Assembly: GCA_944389945.1 (NCBI GenBank)
Contig: CALXOF010000010.1
Location: 3,219-67,218 of the forward strand
Length of the DNA: 64,000 nt
Origin: an uncultured Kiritimatiellota bacterium
GTDB taxonomy: Bacteria; Verrucomicrobiota; Kiritimatiellia; RFP12; DVOR01
Direction of reading: 5' to 3'
The translations under genes and the position numbers were made by a program. The notes beneath the pieces were generated by a model, which had not been told where the DNA came from, did not search any database, and worked only from the letters and a program-made list of their open reading frames with translations. Positions 56,042-64,000 of the stretch are shown one piece after another. Every line of letters starts with the position of its first letter. Position 1 is the stretch's first letter.

Positions 56042-57064
56042 TCATGCTCCTTTCGGCGCGATGCCCCAAGACTCCGCTTGGGCCACGCCACGTTTCGCCA
56101 AATGGAAAATCAGCGCCCATAACGCCAACGAGAGATACTGCACAGGTCCAATCGTGTTCCAGAGGCAATGCAACACCACCATGCCGGCCAAAACCGCCCA
56201 CGTCAGCCACGAAGACAACGCGGCAAACCCCACACGCTCAGGTCCACGCGCCGCCCACATCGCCCCGCCAAGCGCTCCCGTCCACGCCAAGTGCATCATG
56301 GGCGCAAAGAGTCCGCGGACCAACAACACCTCCGTGGAGGGTTCCCCGCCCTGGCCAAACAGATAGGCATATTCCACGGTCTCAATGACGGCAAACCCGC
56401 TCCCCACGCACACCCCCAACGCCAACCCCGACAAAATCCCCGGGAATTGCCGCGTGAACATCGCCAGAACAAGCAAAATCAGACCCTTCGCCGGCTCCTC
56501 CACCACCCCGGCCAAGGGCACCGTTGGCTCAATCCCCCATGCCATCCACAACACCAACGAAACCCCAATCGATGCCGCCCCGCCAAACAGCATCACAAGA
56601 CTCGCGACCCACCATGAGACTCGCCGCGAAACATCCATTTCGCAAAAAAGCGTGACCATCGCCCACGGCACGCAGAGCGACATCAAGCACGCATAGAGCG
56701 GATGCAATTCCGGCACCGACTGCATCACCATCCACAACACCGCACACGCAACTATTCCACCCCCCAACACCCAGCGCCAGGCCCAGCTCCACGGACTCCC
56801 CAACAAGCGATACCACGCAAAGTACGGCCGCGCATCAGCCTCCTGTATCTGGAGCCTCTGTTGCGGTATCCCTTCCACAGCCATCACGTCTGGTGACACT
56901 TGCGCGTCCGGCTCGAGACTGTCTAACTGCGGCGTGGAACGCTTTGACTCCGATTGACCGTCTTTCGGCGTAGGCCCCGGAATCACGCGCACCACCGGTT
57001 GATAGGCCGTTGTGGTCCGTTCCCCGGCGAGTGTTCTAGAGAGAAAGTCATCGCGTTGCCTCAT
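56042..57064 (-). CDS. PrsW-family intramembrane protease with a ~95-aa N-terminal extension
   Basis: Multi-pass membrane core with VVEEPAKGLILLV (EExxK) and MMHLAWTGALGG / VLHCLWN His motifs. SD GAGGGAG. Confidence 0.65.
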   Translation of the reverse strand: MRQRDDFLSRTLAGERTTTAYQPVVRVIPGPTPKDGQSESKRSTPQLDSLEPDAQVSPDVMAVEGIPQQRLQIQEADARPYFAWYRLLGSPWSWAWRWVLGGGIVACAVLWMVMQSVPELHPLYACLMSLCVPWAMVTLFCEMDVSRRVSWWVASLVMLFGGAASIGVSLVLWMAWGIEPTVPLAGVVEEPAKGLILLVLAMFTRQFPGILSGLALGVCVGSGFAVIETVEYAYLFGQGGEPSTEVLLVRGLFAPMMHLAWTGALGGAMWAARGPERVGFAALSSWLTWAVLAGMVVLHCLWNTIGPVQYLSLALWALIFHLAKRGVAQAESWGIAPKGA

Positions 57065-57210
57065 GAACGCTCCCTCGATGCTGCCTCATGCCATCCCATC
57101 GAACACGATGGACTCCTCCGCAGACCCTGGCAGTCATCCCTGTTCCGCTCCAACACGCGCATAACAACACTCTTTAGACTAATCATTCAAAGTACATAAA
57201 CCATGCAAAA

Positions 57211-57240
57211 AGGATACCGAATACCCTTCCCAATGTCAAA
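57211..57240 (-). promoter_or_regulatory. Possible promoter TTGACA-18 nt-TATCCT for the PrsW operon
   Basis: The minus strand reads TTGACATTGGGAAGGGTATTCGGTATCCT about 145 nt upstream of the PrsW ATG. Confidence 0.25.
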
Positions 57241-57341
57241 CAGTGAACCGTCAAAGAGTTGACCGCGCGCCATCCTGTTGCCTGCACGTTCATAACACGC
57301 CTAAAGCCCCAGTCTCATCGTGGGGACTATGAGGGACTTCT

Positions 57342-57447
57342 GAGACCCTATAGTGGTCCGAGGTCAACCACTATAGTGGTCGGGGGCGAGACCCTATAGT
57401 GGTCCGGGTCGAAACCCTTAGGGGTCCGTGAAAGACCCTTTTGGGGC
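57342..57447. repeat. Palindromic intergenic element, locus F (3xP3-P2-P1)
   Basis: GAGACCCTATAGTGGTC, AACCACTATAGTGGTC, GAGACCCTATAGTGGTC ... GAAACCCTTAGGGGTCC ... GACCCTTTTGGGGC. Confidence 0.85.
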
Positions 57448-57531
57448 GTTATCCGTCCTCCTTAATCTCTTCGCGCGCCACGCCTCTTTTCCGAGCGCTG
57501 TTGTGCTATCACCGCACGCACGGCACGGATT

Positions 57532-57540
57532 TGGTACACT
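57532..57540 (+). promoter_or_regulatory. Candidate extended -10 promoter (TGgTACACT) giving a near-leaderless pseudokinase-ligA-nadE transcript
   Basis: TTGGTACACT-AATGCCGTT-ATG (9 intervening nt, no SD). Confidence 0.35.
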
Positions 57541-57549
57541 AATGCCGTT

Positions 57550-60821
<3,272 letters not shown>

Positions 60822-60841
60822 CTTTCTCGAAAGGACGCGCC

Positions 60842-62701
60842 ATGAAAGGCTTCCATCGCATCGCCGCCATCACCCCTTCGGTCTCCGTGGCCAACCCCCT
60901 CGCCAACGCCAAGGCCATCCTCGATCTGGCCTACCGGGCCTATCACCGGGGCGCCCAACTCATCCTCACCCCGGAGCTTTCGCTCACCGGTTACACCTGC
61001 GGCGACCTCTTCGGCTCGGCCTCTCTCGCCAAGCAGACGAAAGAGGCGTTGGACTTCCTCCAGATTAATCTCGACAACCGCTTCGACCTCGTCGTCGGCC
61101 TGCCCGTCGCGGTGGACGACCGTCTCTACAACTGCGCCGCCGTCATCCACTGCGGCTCAGTCGTCGGTTACGTCCCCAAGACCCACCTCCCCACCTACCG
61201 CGAGTTCTACGAAAAACGCCACTTCGTCTCCGGCGCGGCCCTCCCGCCCAACGCCGAGATCGACGGCGTGCCTATCGGCACCGACCTTCTCTTCGATGTC
61301 GGCGCCTTCCGCTTCGGCATCGAGATCTGCGAGGACCTCTGGGCCGTCGACGCTCCCTCCAACCGCCTGGCCGCCGCCCGCGCCCACCTCATCCTCAATC
61401 CCTCCGCCTCCACCGAAGCCGTGGGCAAGGCCGCCTACCGCCGCGACCTTGTGCGGATGCAGTCGGCCCGCCTCTCCTGCGCCTATGCCTACGCCTCCGC
61501 GGGTTCCGGCGAATCCACCACCGACGTCGTCTATGGCGCGCACCGCATCCTGGCCAACAATGGTCGTGTCCTCGCCGAATCTCGCTGGGAGGAAGGCATC
61601 AGCCTCATGGACTTCCGCCCCGACTGGATCGACGCCGTGCGCCGCCGCGAAACCTCCTTTCCCGAGCTCCCGCTCGCGCCCTGCCGCGTCATCCAGGCCT
61701 ACATCCCCGGCTTCGAGCCTTCAGAAAGCGATGGCTCCCTGGCCGGTCTCGACCCCACCCCCTTCGTCCCCGCCGACGACGCCCGCCGCCAGGAACGTTG
61801 CCGCGAAATCCTCCGCATCCAGCTCGCCGGACTCACCAAGCGCTTCACGCACACCCACGCCAAGCGCCTTGTCATCGGCCTCTCCGGCGGACTCGATTCC
61901 ACCCTCGCCCTCCTCGTCTGCCATGAGACCTGCAAGCGCCTGGGCCTGCCTCCGCGCGAAACCATCCTCGCCGTGACAATGCCGGGCTTCGGCACCTCTC
62001 ACCGCACCCACTCCAACGTCCAGGCCCTCGCCCAAGAGCTCGACATCGAGCTTCGCGAGATTCCCATTGGCCCCGGTGTGGAGCAACACTTCAAAGACAT
62101 CGGCCACGACCCCGCCGTCCGCGACATCACCTACGAAAATGCCCAGGCCCGCGCCCGCACCTACATCCTCATGGACCTCGCCAACCAAGAAGGCGGCCTC
62201 CTCGTCGGCACCGGCGACCTCTCCGAAATCGCCCTCGGCTGGTCCACCTACAATGGCGACCACATGTCCATGTACGCCGTCAACTGCGGCGTCCCCAAGA
62301 CCCTCGTCCGCTACTGCGTCGAGTCCGTCGCCGCGGACTCCCCCGCCGACCTCGCCGCCACCCTCCGCGACATCTGCGACACCCCCGTCTCCCCCGAGCT
62401 CCTCCCCGGCGACCAACAGACCGAGGCCATCGTCGGCTCCTACGAACTCCACGATTGCTTCCTTTATTACTTCATGAAGTACGGCTGCGACCGCGACGAC
62501 CTCCGCGATCTCGCCACCTTCCTCCTCGGCGACCGTTACGACGCAGAGGAAATCGAGCGCACCCTCAACAGCTTCTGCCGCCGCTTCGTCACCCAGCAAT
62601 TCAAACGCTCCGCCATCCCCGACGGCCCCAAGGTCGGCACCGTCGCCCTCTCCCCCCGCGGCGATTGGCGCATGCCCTCCGACGCCTCCTTCACCCTCTG
62701 A
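60842..62701 (+). CDS. nadE: Glutamine-dependent NAD+ synthetase
   Basis: N-terminal CN-hydrolase domain (…FGIEICEDLW…), C-terminal PP-loop IGLSGGLDSTL. 619 aa. Confidence 0.9.
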   Translation: MKGFHRIAAITPSVSVANPLANAKAILDLAYRAYHRGAQLILTPELSLTGYTCGDLFGSASLAKQTKEALDFLQINLDNRFDLVVGLPVAVDDRLYNCAAVIHCGSVVGYVPKTHLPTYREFYEKRHFVSGAALPPNAEIDGVPIGTDLLFDVGAFRFGIEICEDLWAVDAPSNRLAAARAHLILNPSASTEAVGKAAYRRDLVRMQSARLSCAYAYASAGSGESTTDVVYGAHRILANNGRVLAESRWEEGISLMDFRPDWIDAVRRRETSFPELPLAPCRVIQAYIPGFEPSESDGSLAGLDPTPFVPADDARRQERCREILRIQLAGLTKRFTHTHAKRLVIGLSGGLDSTLALLVCHETCKRLGLPPRETILAVTMPGFGTSHRTHSNVQALAQELDIELREIPIGPGVEQHFKDIGHDPAVRDITYENAQARARTYILMDLANQEGGLLVGTGDLSEIALGWSTYNGDHMSMYAVNCGVPKTLVRYCVESVAADSPADLAATLRDICDTPVSPELLPGDQQTEAIVGSYELHDCFLYYFMKYGCDRDDLRDLATFLLGDRYDAEEIERTLNSFCRRFVTQQFKRSAIPDGPKVGTVALSPRGDWRMPSDASFTL

Positions 62702-62727
62702 GCAACCCCTCTCCACCCCCTCTGGCA

Positions 62728-62830
62728 AGACCCTATAGGGGTCCGCCTCCGACCACTATAGTGGTTGACCACCGACCACTATAGGGTCTCACCCCGAATC
62801 CTTAAGGGTTTCTCCGAGCCCCCTTTGGGG
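62728..62830. repeat. Palindromic intergenic element, locus G (3xP3-P2-P1)
   Basis: GACCCTATAGGGGTC, GACCACTATAGTGGT, GACCACTATAGGGTC ... TCCTTAAGGGTTTC ... CCCCCTTTGGGG. Confidence 0.85.
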
Positions 62831-62837
62831 AACAGCA

Positions 62838-62880
62838 AGAGAAAGGCCCGGGGCGAGAAACCGCCCCGGACCAATTTGTC
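62838..62880. terminator. Bidirectional terminator-like hairpin between nadE and the convergent minus-strand ORF
   Basis: 8-bp stem CCGGGGCG / CGCCCCGG (62848-62855 and 62862-62869), A-rich upstream and T-containing downstream. Confidence 0.5.
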
Positions 62881-62905
62881 ACCTATCACTTTGCATACGG
62901 CGAAC

Positions 62906-63408
62906 TTAGCATACCGACATGTCGTCCGCATCCGCCACCATATCCCACAGACCGACGCGTTCGCCTTCGTGCTTGTCAATGCCAGTGTAGGAGAGACTCG
63001 CGTCCTCATAGCGCTTGAAGTTCAGCACCGCCATATTCATCAGCGCGTCGTTGAAGAGGCGCAAGGAAACGAGTAACTTAAAGTCCTTCAGGGTCAGCCC
63101 CGTCACCCGTTCGAAAAGGTCTGTCTCCAACTGCTCAATCACTTCTCGGAGCGGCCCAAATTGCGATCGGCGATGGTCTTCATCACGGCGTCGAAGACCT
63201 CTTGGTTGTTCAGCAGACTCTTGAGTGTCGCGTTGTCCACGTGCACAAAGCAGGGCACTCTGCCACCGGCGAGCCAAGAGTGTGGTCGCGTCACCGGTGA
63301 AGGCAAGTTTCAACACCTATATGGCGTTGATGAGGCTAAGGTTCCCACCATTGGCGATTACCGTTCGTGCCCCCTTGACGGAGGGGTGGGAGTAAATCTG
63401 TCGATTAA
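62906..63408 (-). pseudogene. Degraded gene of unknown function (protein-like sequence spread over at least three reading frames)
   Basis: The listed ORF 62906-63316 carries a plausible C-terminal part (FGPLREVIEQLETDLFERVTGL...). A second frame reads ...GGRVPCFVHVDNATLKSLLNNQEVFDAVMKTIADRNLGRSEK*. A third frame upstream reads ...YSHPSVKGARTVIANGGNLSLINAI*. The pieces join sensibly only with frameshifts. Confidence 0.4.
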
Positions 63409-63993
63409 TCACTCGCCAAGGACTGCTTTACTTGTTGTACTTGTCCCATCTGGTAATTTTGCCTGTTCTGATGTGCACCAATGCGGAAGCAGATTCCATT
63501 CCGCTAAGGTCGGGATACTTAGTAAAGTCACAACAGTCCCATCCGCGAGTGCCAATCGCTCACATGGCGTTGGCATGTAGAATTCCGCATCCATCGGCGG
63601 GAACGCCGGAGCAAAGTGTGCGAGAATCAAGCCGGGTATACCGCTAGGTTTCTGCTTGGACTTGAAGTAGGCACGCACCTGCTCACACTGTGCCTCCGTA
63701 AGCACCCCTTCCCCTCGTTTCACCACACAACGTGTATGCCCAGGTGGCAAATAAAGCCCGCTACCTGGGACAATCTCCTGCGCTTCAGCAATGAAGCGTT
63801 CCCACCCACCGTTATAGAGTGTATTATAGAGCCACGGTGTCAAAATATGCGGAAAAACTGGCTTGCCCATTTCAATGGCTTGTGCACCGGGCGCAGACGT
63901 TGAAATAGAATAGGTGGATGTGATAAAAGGGCCTCGTGGGATAGCCACAACCTTGGTGATACCATCGGGGGATGCCTGGTAAAGACGAAGCAT
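63409..63993 (-). CDS. Hypothetical protein; may extend beyond the window edge and may belong to the same degraded locus
   Basis: 194-codon ORF in a lower-GC stretch (43% in my hand count of 63421-63480). No stop between the ATG at 63993 and the window end. No family was recognised. Confidence 0.4.
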   Translation of the reverse strand: MLRLYQASPDGITKVVAIPRGPFITSTYSISTSAPGAQAIEMGKPVFPHILTPWLYNTLYNGGWERFIAEAQEIVPGSGLYLPPGHTRCVVKRGEGVLTEAQCEQVRAYFKSKQKPSGIPGLILAHFAPAFPPMDAEFYMPTPCERLALADGTVVTLLSIPTLAEWNLLPHWCTSEQAKLPDGTSTTSKAVLGE

Positions 63994-64000
63994 CGAACTC

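Overview
64-kb chromosomal segment of a high-GC diderm bacterium. It encodes a TonB-dependent receptor, an AsmA/TamB-like protein and a SurA-like PPIase. The taxon cannot be assigned from sequence alone. I support about 48 protein-coding genes and found no rRNA, tRNA or CRISPR array. Genes sit in very tight co-directional chains with many 4-nt (ATGA/GTGA/TTGA) and 8-nt (ATGNNTGA/TAA) start/stop overlaps. Core functions: murG, murF, thiD, ribE, pgi, rsmA, nudC, recD2, bioF, three pseudouridine synthases (truA plus two RluA/RluD-type), der, polA, ligA, nadE and a phosphofructokinase. Observations beyond ordinary annotation: (1) A modular palindromic intergenic element family occurs at 7 loci, all at operon boundaries, and is built from three palindrome types, including ACCACTATAGTGGT. 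Two truncated ORFs take their TAG stop from the CTATAG core of these elements. (2) An orphan 1014-codon ORF (20475-23519) resembles phage or conjugative-element polyvalent proteins. It is preceded in frame by a start-less 42-codon fragment and a single TAG, has strongly mosaic GC, and lies behind a 640-bp AT-rich gap. (3) A PrsW-type intramembrane protease gene is paired with a gene for a single-pass membrane protein of unknown function. This pair lies divergent from a tail-anchored pseudokinase gene that is translationally coupled to ligA. (4) A REP-flanked, LysR-led nine-gene redox/detoxification island consists largely of exported enzymes, including a TAT-signal flavodoxin-cupin fusion, and ends in a truncated MFS gene. 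(5) A recurring extended -10 promoter signature (TGnTAnnnT) occurs at several operon starts. At five of them it sits 6-9 nt upstream of the start codon, which predicts leaderless mRNAs. All family assignments come from motif recognition by eye; no searches or alignments were run.
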